DNA of 63,959 nt, filler included, from Thermodesulfobacteriota bacterium (GCA_036381125.1; 5 parts of 5 records of this genome joined end to end with filler, not necessarily neighbours in it), one strand, 5' to 3'. Counted from the first letter of the whole stretch, positions 20,236-32,912 are shown. The notes: a model not told the origin generated them from the letters alone. Translations and numbers: made by a program.

Positions 20236-21006
20236 GTGGCGCTCGAGCAGCTCCGGATCGACTGGACCAGGCACCGCCGACAGACCATCCGGGAGGCGGT
20301 CTACGAGACCATCAAGACCGCCATCCTCACCGGTGTGCTCGCCTTCGGGCAGGAGCTCACCGAGGACGAGCTGGCCGACAGCCTCCGCGTGAGCCGCACC
20401 CCCATCCGCGAGGCGTTCCACGCCCTCCAGCTGGACGGCTTCCTCGAGGTCCACCCCGGCCGAGGGCTGCAGGTGACGAGCCTCGACGCCAAGGAGGTCC
20501 TCGCGCAATGCGACCTGCGCGCCCTCCTCGAGGGGTATGCGGCCCGCATGGCGGCCTCCCGGATCGAGCCGGACACCCTCATGCGCATGCAGTGGGCGAC
20601 CGAGCGGATGGGCCGCGCCCACGCGGCCGACGAGCGCGAGGTCGCCTCGTCCGCGAACCTCGAGTTCCACGCGCTCCTGATCGAGGCGGCCGGTGTGCCG
20701 GTCCTGGTCCGCCTCGCCTCCCTGCTCTGGAAGAGCGACTCGATCATCGTCCGCCACCGCGCCTATCGCAAGCACCCCGGGCAGGGGGTCAGGGACCACC
20801 GGGCCATCATCGCCGCGCTGCGCACGGGAGACGCCGCAGCCGCGGAGGCCGCGGTCCACGAGCACATCGGCCACCGGAAGGAGCGGCTCATCGAATTCCT
20901 GCGCGAGATCGAGTCGGCGCCGAGGACGGCAGGCGGGGAGGCGGATCCGGCGAGGGCCCGCGCCCCGGCGGCTCGGCGCGGCCGAAAGGCACGTCACCCG
21001 ATGTGA
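20236..21006 (+). CDS. GntR/FCD family transcriptional regulator
   Basis: VSRTPIREAF HTH; NLEFHALL and DHRAII FCD motifs. Confidence 0.9.
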   Translation: MALEQLRIDWTRHRRQTIREAVYETIKTAILTGVLAFGQELTEDELADSLRVSRTPIREAFHALQLDGFLEVHPGRGLQVTSLDAKEVLAQCDLRALLEGYAARMAASRIEPDTLMRMQWATERMGRAHAADEREVASSANLEFHALLIEAAGVPVLVRLASLLWKSDSIIVRHRAYRKHPGQGVRDHRAIIAALRTGDAAAAEAAVHEHIGHRKERLIEFLREIESAPRTAGGEADPARARAPAARRGRKARHPM

Positions 21007-21080
21007 GGACGAGTCGCGCCCACGGCCGCCCTCGAGGAGGATCGGCCGCGGCCCGAGGCTCGGTTCCGGGAGGATGCGAG

Positions 21081-22703
21081 ATGTCGAGCCAGAGGCTCTA
21101 TCGGCGTACCGCGCGGCGCGTCCTTCTTCTCGTCGCCGCGCTCGCGCTGGCGGCGGTCCCCGCACGGCCCGACGAGGCGACGGCCGCGCCCGCGCCGAAG
21201 CCGGGCGGCACGCTCATCATGGTGATCGGCGCCGACCCGCCGACCTTGAACCCCGCCATCACCACCGGCACCCCCGACCTGTACACCGCCTGCAAGATCT
21301 TCGAGGGGCTGGTGCGGCTCGACCGCGATCTCGAGCCGCAGCCCGTCCTGGCCGAGTCGTGGACGGTGCAGCCCGACGGCCTCACGTACACGTTCGCGCT
21401 CCGCAAGGGCGTGACCTGGCACGACGGGAAGCCGTTCACGAGCAAGGACGTCGAGTGGACGTTCGAGAACGTGACGGCGAAGTTCGGGCCGCGCACGAAG
21501 GGGCCCTTCCAGGCCGTCAAGGCCGTGACCACGCCCGACGACCACACCGTCGTGCTCGAGATGAAGGAGGCCTACGGCCCGCTCCTCTCGCTCCTCACCT
21601 GCTCGAGCGCCGCGATCCTCCCGGCGCACGTCTACTCGAACGGCGACATCCTGAGCCACCCGCGCAATCTCGACCCGGTCGGCACGGGGCCCTTCCGGTT
21701 CAAGAGCTGGGCGCGGGGCGACCACATTCGGCTCGAGCGGAACCCGACCTACTGGCAGCGCGGCCAGGGGATGCCGTACCTCGACGAGATCGTGATGAAG
21801 ATCATCACCGACCCGAAGGCCGCGGCGCTGGCGCTCGAGGCCGGCGAGGTCGACTACATCCCGGACTACTTCGTCGACAAGGCGGAGTACCTCCGGCTCA
21901 AGGACCACGAGGGGATCGTCGGCCAGCAGGACACGAACGTCCCGACGAACAACGTCCTGATCTTCAACGTCCGGAAGGCGCCCCTCGACAGGGCCGAGGT
22001 CCGGCGGGCGATCTTCCACGCCATCGATCGCGCGTTCATCGTCGAGAAGGCGCAGTTCGGTCTCGGCGGGCCCGGGAAGAGCGCGATCGACTCCCGCCTC
22101 GGCTGGGCGTACGACCGCGCCGTCGACTTCAACCGGCTCTACCCCTACGATCCGGCGAAAGCCAACGCGCTCCTCGACAAGGCCGGCCTCCGGCGCAACG
22201 CGCAGGGGGTCCGGTTCGAGGTGACCCTGCCGTACGAGAGCGGCAAGGCGGACTTCAACGAGGAGGCCCAGATCATCCGGGAGAACCTCAAGGCGGTCGG
22301 CATCGCCGTCGATCTCATGTCGCTCGAGCGGTCCCTGATGCTCGACAAGGTCTTCAAGCAGTGGGACTTCGACCTCACCCTGCAGCGCTACACGACCTCG
22401 GGCGACGTGGCCGTCGGGGTGCAGCGGTTGTACGTCACGAGCGCGATCGACCGGCGCCCGTTCACGAACCCGTCCGGCTACTCGAACCCGGAGGTGGACG
22501 CCCTGTTCGAGAAGGGCGCGAAGTCCCCATCCCCCAGGACCCGTGCGCCGCACTACCACAAGGTCCAGGAGATCCTCGCGCGCGACGTCCCCGTCATCGT
22601 CCTGACGGAGAACCCCTCCGTCGACCTCGCGAGCACGAAGTTCGGCGGGCTGTGGAAGGGGCCTGATCCCTACGACTGGTGGGAGCACGTCTACCAGAAG
22701 TAG
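21081..22703 (+). CDS. ABC substrate-binding protein, family 5 (peptide/nickel type)
   Basis: Signal peptide; GGTL, LAESW, LRKGVTWHDG, VGTGPF, GYSNPEVD. Confidence 0.92.
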   Translation: MSSQRLYRRTARRVLLLVAALALAAVPARPDEATAAPAPKPGGTLIMVIGADPPTLNPAITTGTPDLYTACKIFEGLVRLDRDLEPQPVLAESWTVQPDGLTYTFALRKGVTWHDGKPFTSKDVEWTFENVTAKFGPRTKGPFQAVKAVTTPDDHTVVLEMKEAYGPLLSLLTCSSAAILPAHVYSNGDILSHPRNLDPVGTGPFRFKSWARGDHIRLERNPTYWQRGQGMPYLDEIVMKIITDPKAAALALEAGEVDYIPDYFVDKAEYLRLKDHEGIVGQQDTNVPTNNVLIFNVRKAPLDRAEVRRAIFHAIDRAFIVEKAQFGLGGPGKSAIDSRLGWAYDRAVDFNRLYPYDPAKANALLDKAGLRRNAQGVRFEVTLPYESGKADFNEEAQIIRENLKAVGIAVDLMSLERSLMLDKVFKQWDFDLTLQRYTTSGDVAVGVQRLYVTSAIDRRPFTNPSGYSNPEVDALFEKGAKSPSPRTRAPHYHKVQEILARDVPVIVLTENPSVDLASTKFGGLWKGPDPYDWWEHVYQK

Positions 22704-22726
22704 ACAGGCCTGCGAGGGACCCGCCG

Positions 22727-23173
22727 ATGTCACCGGCCCTGGTGGAGGTCCTGGCGGCGCGGCTGTCGGCGCTTCGCCTCGAGGACCTGCCCCCCGCGGT
22801 CGTGCACAGGGCCACGCTGGCCGTGCTCGACACCATGGGGGCGATGCTCGCGGGCAGCCGGACCGAGGAAGGCCTGGCCGTCGCCGGCGCCCTGGTCGAG
22901 CTGGACGGTCTCGGCACGTCGAGCGTCTTCGGCTCGGACGTCCGGCTCTCCCCGAGCAATGCCGCCATGGCCAACGGCACCAGCGCGCACGCCCGCGAGC
23001 TGGACGACTTCGGAGGGTGCGGTCACTCGGGCGCGGTCGTCGTCCCGGCGGTTCTCGCGGCCGCCGAGGCGGCCCGCGCCCCCGGGGGTCGCGTCATCGA
23101 GGCGATCGTCGCCGGGTACGAGGCGGCCGCCCGCGTCACCGAGGCGGCCGGTGGGTACCGGGCGCACAACGAC
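22727..23173 (+). CDS. MmgE/PrpD family protein, N-terminal part (truncated by contig end)
   Basis: ANGTSAHARELDD...HSGAVVVPA. Confidence 0.85.
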
Positions 23174-23273
23174 NNNNNNNNNNNNNNNNNNNNNNNNNNN
23201 NNNNNNNNNNNNNNNNNTTAATTAATTAANNNNNNNNNNNNNNNNNNNNNNNNNNNNNNNNNNNNNNNNNNNN
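23174..23273. other. Artificial contig linker
   Basis: N44-TTAATTAATTAA-N44. Confidence 0.98.
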
Positions 23274-23414
23274 GTCGGGCTCGCGCTCGTCACCGCGTGG
23301 CGGCGGGGCCGGTGGACGCCGGGGGACTGAGGCGCTTCACCGGGTCTGGGCATGGCGCGTGACTCCCGGTCCGCCGGCCTGCGCGGGACGCGCGAGACAG
23401 GCGGAGGAGAGACG

Positions 23415-24014
23415 ATGACCAGAGAAGCGACGAGGCGAATGGCGGACCGACAGACGAATCGAGCGGAGCCGATGACCCAGCAGCGCGCGAAGGAGGTTCA
23501 GGCCTACGGGACGATCGTGCGGGCGCCGATCGCCCTCGACGAGCGCGCGATCGCGGCCAGCGTCGGCCTGCTCAACCAGGTCCTCGCCGACACGATGACG
23601 CTGCGGGACCTCTACAAGAAGCACCACTGGCAGGTCGCCGGGCCGACCTTCTACCAGCTCCATCTCCTCTACGACAAGCACTTCGACGAGCAGGTCGCGC
23701 TGGTGGACGCCATCGGCGAGCGCATCCAGCTCCTGGGGGGGATCAGCATCGCCATGGCGGCGGACGTGGCCGAGACGACCCGCATCCCGCGCCCGCCGCG
23801 AGGCCGCGAGGACGTGCCGACCCAGCTCTCGCGGCTCCTCGAGGCGCACGAGATCGTGATCCGCGAGGTTCGGGAGGGGGCCCGCAAGGCGGACGAGGCC
23901 GGCGACGACGGGACCAACGACCTCCTCGTCAGCCAGGTGCTCCGCACGAACGAGTTGCAGGCCTGGTTCATCGGGGAGCACCTGATGGACGTGCCGCTGG
24001 TCCGCAGCGAGTGA
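23415..24014 (+). CDS. dps: Dps (DNA starvation/stationary-phase protection) protein
   Basis: KKHHWQVAGPTFYQLHLLYD, ERIQLLGG, DDGTNDLL, ELQAWF; GGAGGAG RBS (start could be 23439 or 23472). Confidence 0.92.
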   Translation: MTREATRRMADRQTNRAEPMTQQRAKEVQAYGTIVRAPIALDERAIAASVGLLNQVLADTMTLRDLYKKHHWQVAGPTFYQLHLLYDKHFDEQVALVDAIGERIQLLGGISIAMAADVAETTRIPRPPRGREDVPTQLSRLLEAHEIVIREVREGARKADEAGDDGTNDLLVSQVLRTNELQAWFIGEHLMDVPLVRSE

Positions 24015-24059
24015 CGCGCCGGCCGCGAGCGGCCGCGCCGGGGGGCGACCGAGGGGCGG

Positions 24060-27059
<3,000 letters not shown>

Positions 27060-27147
27060 CGTGACCTCCCCGATCGGTTCGAGCGGCACGTCACGGCCTG
27101 GCCCCGCGCGCGTGCCAGGTGGTGGATAGCCATCCGACGGCGCGAGG

Positions 27148-28005
27148 TCAAGGGAAAAGCGGGGGGGCCGATGGGAATCCGCGCGCCTCGGCCGCGAACT
27201 GCGCGAGTTCCCGGTCGAAGCGCTCCGGCGCCTCGAGGAACGGCGCATGGCCGACCCCCTCGTACCAGGAGGCGCGCGCCGACCGGCAGTGCGCCGTGAT
27301 GTAGTCGGCCATCGCCGGCAGCGTCAGCGTGTCGGCGCGGCCGTGGGACACCAGGACGGGGACCGTGAGGCGCGCGAGGACCGGCGCGAAGTCCACCGCT
27401 CGCTGCAGCAGGAAGGCCCGTACCTGCGGCTGCACGACCATGTTGGAGGCGAGCGCGACCTCGAAGTCGTCCTGCGACATCGGCGCGGCGGTGCAGGCCC
27501 GCAGGAACCTCCGGATCGCCGCGATGCTCGTCGCGAGGTCCGCGTCGCAGGCCCCGGGCGCGTGGTCGAGGAAGCCGGGGCCGATGAGCGAGCCGAAGGC
27601 GCCCGGGCCGAGGACCACCGCGCCGCCGACGAAGTCGACGCCGGCGATCGCGTGCTGCCCGTGCTTCCGGAGGTAGTCGCAGACGACGAGGCCGCCGTAC
27701 GACCAGGCGACGAGGATCGGCCGGTCGAGGCCGAGTCGGTCGATGATCGCCGCGAGGTCGTCGGCCCACCGGTCGCCGTCGACGTACTGCGCGGCCTCGA
27801 GCGGCGCGTCCGAGCCGCCGTGACCGCGAAGGTCGGGCGCCACGAGCCGGAACTCCTCCGCGAGCGGGCCGGTGTACTGCTTCGTCCAGCAGAGGTGGCT
27901 CTGCGACCAGCCGTGGACGAACAGGATCGGCGCGCCCGTGGGCCTGCCCCACTCGTGGACGCGAAGGTCGACGCCCCCGGCGCCTCGGACCGTATGCGCT
28001 CCCAT
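27148..28005 (-). CDS. Alpha/beta hydrolase
   Basis: HGWSQ, DLRGHG, AWSYGG nucleophile elbow, GHAPF; AAGGAGG RBS. Confidence 0.9.
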   Translation of the reverse strand: MGAHTVRGAGGVDLRVHEWGRPTGAPILFVHGWSQSHLCWTKQYTGPLAEEFRLVAPDLRGHGGSDAPLEAAQYVDGDRWADDLAAIIDRLGLDRPILVAWSYGGLVVCDYLRKHGQHAIAGVDFVGGAVVLGPGAFGSLIGPGFLDHAPGACDADLATSIAAIRRFLRACTAAPMSQDDFEVALASNMVVQPQVRAFLLQRAVDFAPVLARLTVPVLVSHGRADTLTLPAMADYITAHCRSARASWYEGVGHAPFLEAPERFDRELAQFAAEARGFPSAPPLFP

Positions 28006-28043
28006 CGGCGCACCTCCTTGCCGGCTCCTCGGCCGGAGCGCTC

Positions 28044-28427
28044 CTACGGCTCGCCGCCGGGCCAGGCGAGCCAGGCGAGGGCCGCCGCGGCAAGGAGCCA
28101 GAGCACGATGACGAGGGCGGCGCCGGCTCGGCTCACCGGCCGCTCTCGCTCGGCCGCGACGGCGCGGTGCTCGGCGAGGATCTCGGGCGGGATGAGGCGG
28201 ATCACGAGCCAGATGCCGAGCGGGACGAGGAGGACGTCGTCCAGATAGCCGAGGACCGGCACGAAGTCGGGGACGAGGTCGATCGGGCTCAGCGCGTAGG
28301 CGGCCACGCAGAGCGCTGCCGACTTCGCGTACCACGGAACCCTGGGGTCCCGCGCCGCCAGGTAGAGGGCGTGCACGTCCCGCTCGAGCCCGCGTGCCCA
28401 GGACCGCAGCCCCCGGGACCACGACAT
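28044..28427 (-). CDS. YkvA/DUF1232 family membrane protein
   Basis: YALSPIDLVPDFVPVLGYLDD. Confidence 0.9.
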   Translation of the reverse strand: MSWSRGLRSWARGLERDVHALYLAARDPRVPWYAKSAALCVAAYALSPIDLVPDFVPVLGYLDDVLLVPLGIWLVIRLIPPEILAEHRAVAAERERPVSRAGAALVIVLWLLAAAALAWLAWPGGEP

Positions 28428-28440
28428 GCCGGCCTCCCTC

Positions 28441-28782
28441 CTAGGAGAGGTCGCGCTTGAGCGTCTCGAACTCCTCGCGCGTGATCTCGCCCGACGCGTG
28501 CCGGCGCCTGGCGATGTCGAGGGGCGTCTCGCGGTGCGGGGCGCGGCCCTGGGCCGCGAGCCAGCGGATCCCGTAGATCAGCGCCGCGATCACGACGATC
28601 CAGAAGAGGAGCATCACGAGGCCCATCCCGATGCCCCACATGCCCCACATGCCTGGCATGCCCCAGGGCCCGTCGGCGTAGGGACCGTAGTTCGGCTGGG
28701 CGGCGGCGGCGGCCGGCATCAGGCCGCCGATCCCGCCGAGAATCGCTCCGGCCGCTGACCCGGTTCGACGCATCCCGATCAT
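28441..28782 (-). CDS. SHOCT-domain membrane protein with Met/Gly/Trp-rich segment
   Basis: WGMPGMWGMWGIGMG, TM helix, ETPLDIARRRHASGEITREEFE. Confidence 0.82.
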   Translation of the reverse strand: MIGMRRTGSAAGAILGGIGGLMPAAAAAQPNYGPYADGPWGMPGMWGMWGIGMGLVMLLFWIVVIAALIYGIRWLAAQGRAPHRETPLDIARRRHASGEITREEFETLKRDLS

Positions 28783-29082
28783 GGCTCATTGTGACATTGC
28801 CGGGTCGGTTCTGGAACCGTAGCCGGACCCGGGAGCGGCTCCCTGGCAACCGGCTCCTTGCCCCGACCGGTCGAGGTCAGGGCCTTGCTGTCCACCCGGC
28901 TCGGCGGGACCGTGTCGACGGCTGCCCGGCGCCGGCGAGCGGCGGTATGCCCGGGCGTTCGACCCCGGTTCGAGGCGGCCTCGAGCCCGGAGGGGCCGCC
29001 GAAGCTCCGGCCGGCCCGCACGGCGGGAACCACGCGGCGCTCCCTGTTACCATGACGGCCGGTCACACGAGGAGGGCAGGGA

Positions 29083-29592
29083 GTGACTCGCATCGGAAAG
29101 TCGCGGCGCGGCCGCGGGCGCACGTCGGGCGCCAGCCGGCGCCGGCTCCTCATCGCGGGCGCCGGGCTCGTCGCCGGGGGCGGGCTCGTCGCCGGCCTCT
29201 GGCCCTGGGAACCCGCCCGGACGTCGCACGCCTACACGCTCGCGCCGGAGTCGGTGCTCGACGCGCGGATCCGCCGCGCCCCGGCCAGGGTCCGCGAGGC
29301 CTACCGGTTCGCGGTGGCCAACCGCGAGCTGCTCAACAAGTTCCCCTGCTTCTGCGGCTGCTTCGAGCAGGACGGCCATCGCGGCAACGCCGACTGCTAC
29401 GTCGAGGACATCCGTCCCGACGGCTCGGTCGTGTTCGACTACATGAGCCTCGGCTGAGGGATCTGCATCGACATCACGCGTGACGTGATGCGCCTCCTCG
29501 ACAAAGGGACCCCGCTCAGGGAGATCCGGGCGTACATCGACGGCCGGTACGGGAGCTACGGCCCCTCGACGCCCACGCCGCCCGTCGAGTAA
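29083..29592 (+). CDS. PCYCGC-motif family protein with in-frame UGA (putative selenoprotein, UxxC), 169 aa
   Basis: FPCFCGC...GHRGNADCY...FDYMSLG-TGA(29455-29457)-GICIDITRDVMRLLDKGTPLREIRAYIDGRYGSYGPSTPTPPVE-TAA; family-typical C-terminus continues past the TGA. Confidence 0.82.
29472..29490 (+). promoter_or_regulatory. Putative bacterial SECIS hairpin
   Basis: Perfect stem CATCACG-[CGTGA]-CGTGATG starting 14 nt after the UGA. Confidence 0.68.
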
Positions 29593-29619
29593 CGGCCCTC
29601 GGGCCGCCCGGGCCCTCCC

Positions 29620-29733
29620 GGCCATCCTGCGGCACGACTCGGCGCAGCGCCGGCAGGTGTCCGCGCAGACGCGGCCGTGCAGCGCCGACCCGCGCAGCAT
29701 GAAGTCGGTGCTCGTCAGCCAGATCTGTGCACA
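29620..29733 (-). pseudogene. Four-helix-bundle copper-storage (Csp/DUF326-like) gene remnant
   Basis: CAQIWLTSTDFMLRGSALHGRVCADTCRRCAESCRRMA; no start codon and shorter than the family. Confidence 0.65.
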
Positions 29734-29961
29734 GAGTCGTCCTCCTGCGGTGAGCGGCGCCGGGTGGTAGGCGCCGCCCCCACGGCGCTGCACCGCGCGG
29801 GCCCCGATGTCGATTCCGGAGGGACCCGATCGACGTGACGGTAGAGGCGCCCCGCGCGGTCCGGACGGTGAACGCGCAGGGCTCGCGGAGCCGAGGCACG
29901 TCCACTCGGGCCGATCGTGCGATCGGCCCAGGCGATATGAGCGATCCGCAATGGAGGCACC

Positions 29962-30456
29962 GTGACGGCGACGAAGGCCACGTCGAGGATCTACACGCAT
30001 CTGTGGTACGCGAAGGAGGCCGAGGAGGCGGCGGCGTTCTACGCGTCGATCTTCCCGGATTCGCGGGTCGACCGGGTCTGGGCCCTGCCGGTCGACACGC
30101 CGAGCGGACCGGCCGGCTCCGTGAAGGTCGTCGACTTCACGCTCCTCGGCCAGCGCTTCCAGGCCATCACGGCCGGGCCCCATCACGAGTTCAACGACGC
30201 CGTCTCGCTCGTGGTGCCGTGCAAGGATCAGGCGGAGCTCGATCGGTACTGGAACGCGCTCCTCGAGGGGGGCGGCACGCCGCAGGCCTGCGGGTGGCTG
30301 ATCGACCGCTTCGGTCTGAGGTGGCAGATCGTCCCGGCCGTTCTGGACGAGATGCTGCGCGACGGCGACCCCGCCCGGTCGCGCCGGGTTGCCGAGGCGA
30401 TGCTGAAGATGGTGAAGCTCGACGTCGCCGCGATCGAGGCGGCGTACCGGTCGTGA
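29962..30456 (+). CDS. VOC/PhnB (3-demethylubiquinone methyltransferase-like) family protein
   Basis: HLWY..EAEEAAAFY, DQAELDRYW, CGWLIDRFGLRWQIVP, MLKMVKLD. Confidence 0.92.
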   Translation: MTATKATSRIYTHLWYAKEAEEAAAFYASIFPDSRVDRVWALPVDTPSGPAGSVKVVDFTLLGQRFQAITAGPHHEFNDAVSLVVPCKDQAELDRYWNALLEGGGTPQACGWLIDRFGLRWQIVPAVLDEMLRDGDPARSRRVAEAMLKMVKLDVAAIEAAYRS

Positions 30457-30505
30457 CCGCGGCGCTCGACGGATAAGGTGGCGCTGGTCGCCGGCGCCAC
30501 GCCGC
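30453..30505 (+). pseudogene. SDR oxidoreductase N-terminal remnant
   Basis: VTAALDG / (frameshift) KVALVAGAT Rossmann start overlapping the previous stop, then lost. Confidence 0.45.
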
Positions 30506-30625
30506 GGTTCGTCGGACGTGCCGCCGCCGCGCTTGCCGCCGATCCCGACCGGGCGCGGTGGAACGGCTCGCGCCCCGATGCGTGGCGCTGCGCCGTCGAG
30601 GTGCAGGACGCGGGCAAGCCGGCGG

Positions 30626-31024
30626 ATGCCACGGGATACCGATAGGGGCGGCTCCGCCGGCGCGAGGCGCCCCGCATACGGGATCGTCCTGATGACCCTC
30701 GCCATGCTCACGATCCCGTCCGGACGCTCGCCTTTCAGTGCGTCCTCGGCGTCGCGCTCCCGACGCCGCCGGGCGTCGCGAGGTGGCGCGTTCTCGGCGC
30801 TCGGCCACGTGCTGTCGATCGCCGCGTTCGGGTTGGCCGACGCGTCGACCCTTGCGCCGCTCGTCTACGTCGAGCTGGTGGGGGCGGCGGTCGTCGGCTA
30901 CGTCGCGTTCGACGAGGTCCCGAGCCCGACGACCATCGTGGGCGGCGCGTTCATCGTCGTGGCCGGCCTGGTCCTCCTGGCGGCGCAGCGGCGGGTGGGG
31001 GGAGGACGCGGCCGCGAGCACTGA
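30626..31024 (+). pseudogene. DMT/EamA transporter, internally deleted
   Basis: N-terminal GIVLMTLAMLTIP joined to C-terminal ADASTLAPLVYVELV...FDEVPSPTTIVGGAFIV. Confidence 0.7.
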
Positions 31025-31040
31025 CGCCGGGAGCCGCCGC

Positions 31041-31313
31041 TCAGTCGCCCTCGTCGACGTCGACGATCCGGCCGTCGGCGGTTACCTCGACCTCGTGCCG
31101 CCTGCCGTCCGCGTCGACCTTCACCTCGTAGCGCTGGTGGTCGTCCTCCCGCTCCGCCGACAGGAGGCGCGCGTTCGGAAAGCGGCCTTCGATGGCCCTG
31201 GTCACCGCCTCGGGCAGGTCGTCCAGCGCAACCGATTCGTCGGCGGCACCGATGTCGTGCAGGCCGAGGATCGCCGCGGCGGGCAGGGCGAGCCATACGG
31301 GGCGAAGACGCAT
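31041..31313 (-). CDS. Secreted PepSY-like domain protein
   Basis: Signal peptide; DLPEAVTRAI..RFP...YEVKV...EVEVTADGRIV; GAGGAGG RBS. Confidence 0.75.
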   Translation of the reverse strand: MRLRPVWLALPAAAILGLHDIGAADESVALDDLPEAVTRAIEGRFPNARLLSAEREDDHQRYEVKVDADGRRHEVEVTADGRIVDVDEGD

Positions 31314-31631
31314 GGGGCACCTCCTCGGCGGTCCCGGGTGCAGCAGACACGCCGAACCGGACCAAAGGGCCGGGCGCCCGGCCGCCGTCGTCCGAGCCTG
31401 CACGGCCTCCTGCGCGTTCTGCCACGGCACCTCGCATCACGGCCGACCGGTTCTTCTCGTCACCCTGCCCAGCTCGAACGGCGCCGGGCCGCTCTGCACC
31501 TCACGTGTCGGCTCGACGGACGCCTGCCGGCGAAGCCCGAGCGGGGCTCCACGCGTGTCGCCCGAACGTCGGTTGCCGGGAGCGCTTCGGGGCGGCCCCC
31601 GACGAGCCGGCGCCGGAATCAGGAGGCGCGA

Positions 31632-32207
31632 ATGCGAACGATTCCACTCCTGGCAGGGGCGCTCGTCAGCTCGATGCTCGTCGCCGCGATGTCGGCCGCG
31701 GTGGAGGCGGCGCCCAGTAAGGACCGGGTGAGGGGGAATGCACACGGCCTCGGGACACGTTCGCTCGGGCTTCCGCCCATCACCATGTTCGACCTGCGCG
31801 CGCAGGCGCAGAGCGGAGCGACGGGCGAGAAGCCCAAGGGGCACGTCTTCCTCGAGGTGTCGCAGAAGCAATCGGCCGATTCCGAAGAGGTGCCGATCCT
31901 CGACGTGCGCATGCGCGTGAGCTGTCTGCGCGTGGCGAGCGACCCCTTCAGGCCCGAGGACCGACTTGCCACCGTCGCCGGCGTCATCACGCGATCGAGG
32001 ACGTCCGGGGTCGTCAAGGGGGACGGACTCCTGATCCTCGTGCTCGATTCCGATGACCCGGCGAGCCTCCAGGGGATCGCCTACTTCCTGACGCCGTTCC
32101 CGGCCGAGTGTCCGCATCCGCTGGACGTTCTCCCGAGCGTGCTCGGGAGTAGCCGGTTCCTCGCGCTGACCGACGGCGACGTCAGGGTGGAGGACGCCGA
32201 GCCGTAA
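31632..32207 (+). CDS. Hypothetical secreted protein
   Basis: AGGAGG RBS, signal peptide, two Cys; no family recognised. Confidence 0.65.
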   Translation: MRTIPLLAGALVSSMLVAAMSAAVEAAPSKDRVRGNAHGLGTRSLGLPPITMFDLRAQAQSGATGEKPKGHVFLEVSQKQSADSEEVPILDVRMRVSCLRVASDPFRPEDRLATVAGVITRSRTSGVVKGDGLLILVLDSDDPASLQGIAYFLTPFPAECPHPLDVLPSVLGSSRFLALTDGDVRVEDAEP

Positions 32208-32302
32208 GCCGCCCATGGGCGATCCGCGCCGCGCCGTGGTCGCGTGAGACGCACTCCGATCGAGGAGGTCGCGGCGTCGGCACCGTTGCGATCGCGGACG
32301 GC

Positions 32303-32322
32303 CTAGACGACCGGTCTACTCG
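32303..32322. promoter_or_regulatory. TetR (NemR-like) operator, copy 1
   Basis: CTAGACGACCGGTCTACTCG containing TAGAC-N5-GTCTA; identical copy at 32789. Confidence 0.75.
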
Positions 32323-32340
32323 GTGCCGGGATGCGGCCCC

Positions 32341-32744
32341 ATGAACGCCAGCAGGGCGACCGGCGTCCGCAGGCACATTCTCGACGTGGCGCAGCCGCTG
32401 CTCCTGCGCAAGGGCTTCACCGCGGTCGGCCTGGCCGAGGTGCTCGCGGCGGCCCAGGTGCCGAAGGGCTCCTTCTATCACTACTTCGGTTCCAAGGAGG
32501 CCTTCGGCGAGGCGATGCTCGAGGCCTACTTCGCCGACTACCTGGCGCGAATGGACGCGCTGCTGGCCCGGCCGGGCACGGCCGCCGAGCGGTTGATGGG
32601 CTACTTCCGTGACTGGCTCGACTCGCAGACCGGCGGCGAGACGCAGAGCCGTTGCCTCGCGGTCAAGCTCGGCGCGACCGCGCGCCCCTGGACACCGCGA
32701 TGGCCAGCACGCGGCGGCTACTCGGCCTGACCCAGGACGCCTGA
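32341..32744 (+). pseudogene. TetR (NemR-like) regulator, internally deleted and frameshifted
   Basis: HTH KGFTAVGLAEVLAAAQVPKGSFYHYFGSKE to CLAVKLGA; C-terminal PLDTAMASTRRLLGL in another frame. Confidence 0.78.
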
Positions 32745-32788
32745 GGCGGAACGAGCGCGTCCGTTCCCGCTTCCCTTGCACCCTGCTT

Positions 32789-32808
32789 CTAGACGACCGG
32801 TCTACTCG
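32789..32808. promoter_or_regulatory. TetR (NemR-like) operator, copy 2
   Basis: Same 20-mer, upstream of the oxidoreductase and just after TTGCAC. Confidence 0.75.
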
Positions 32809-32912
32809 CAGCGTCGTCCGGCGCTCTGCCCGTCCCGCGCTCGCCCTTGCCCGCCCGCGCGCAAAGGCGGTCCGGCCGAATCTCCCGCACTGACATCACA
32901 GGAGCCAAGCGC

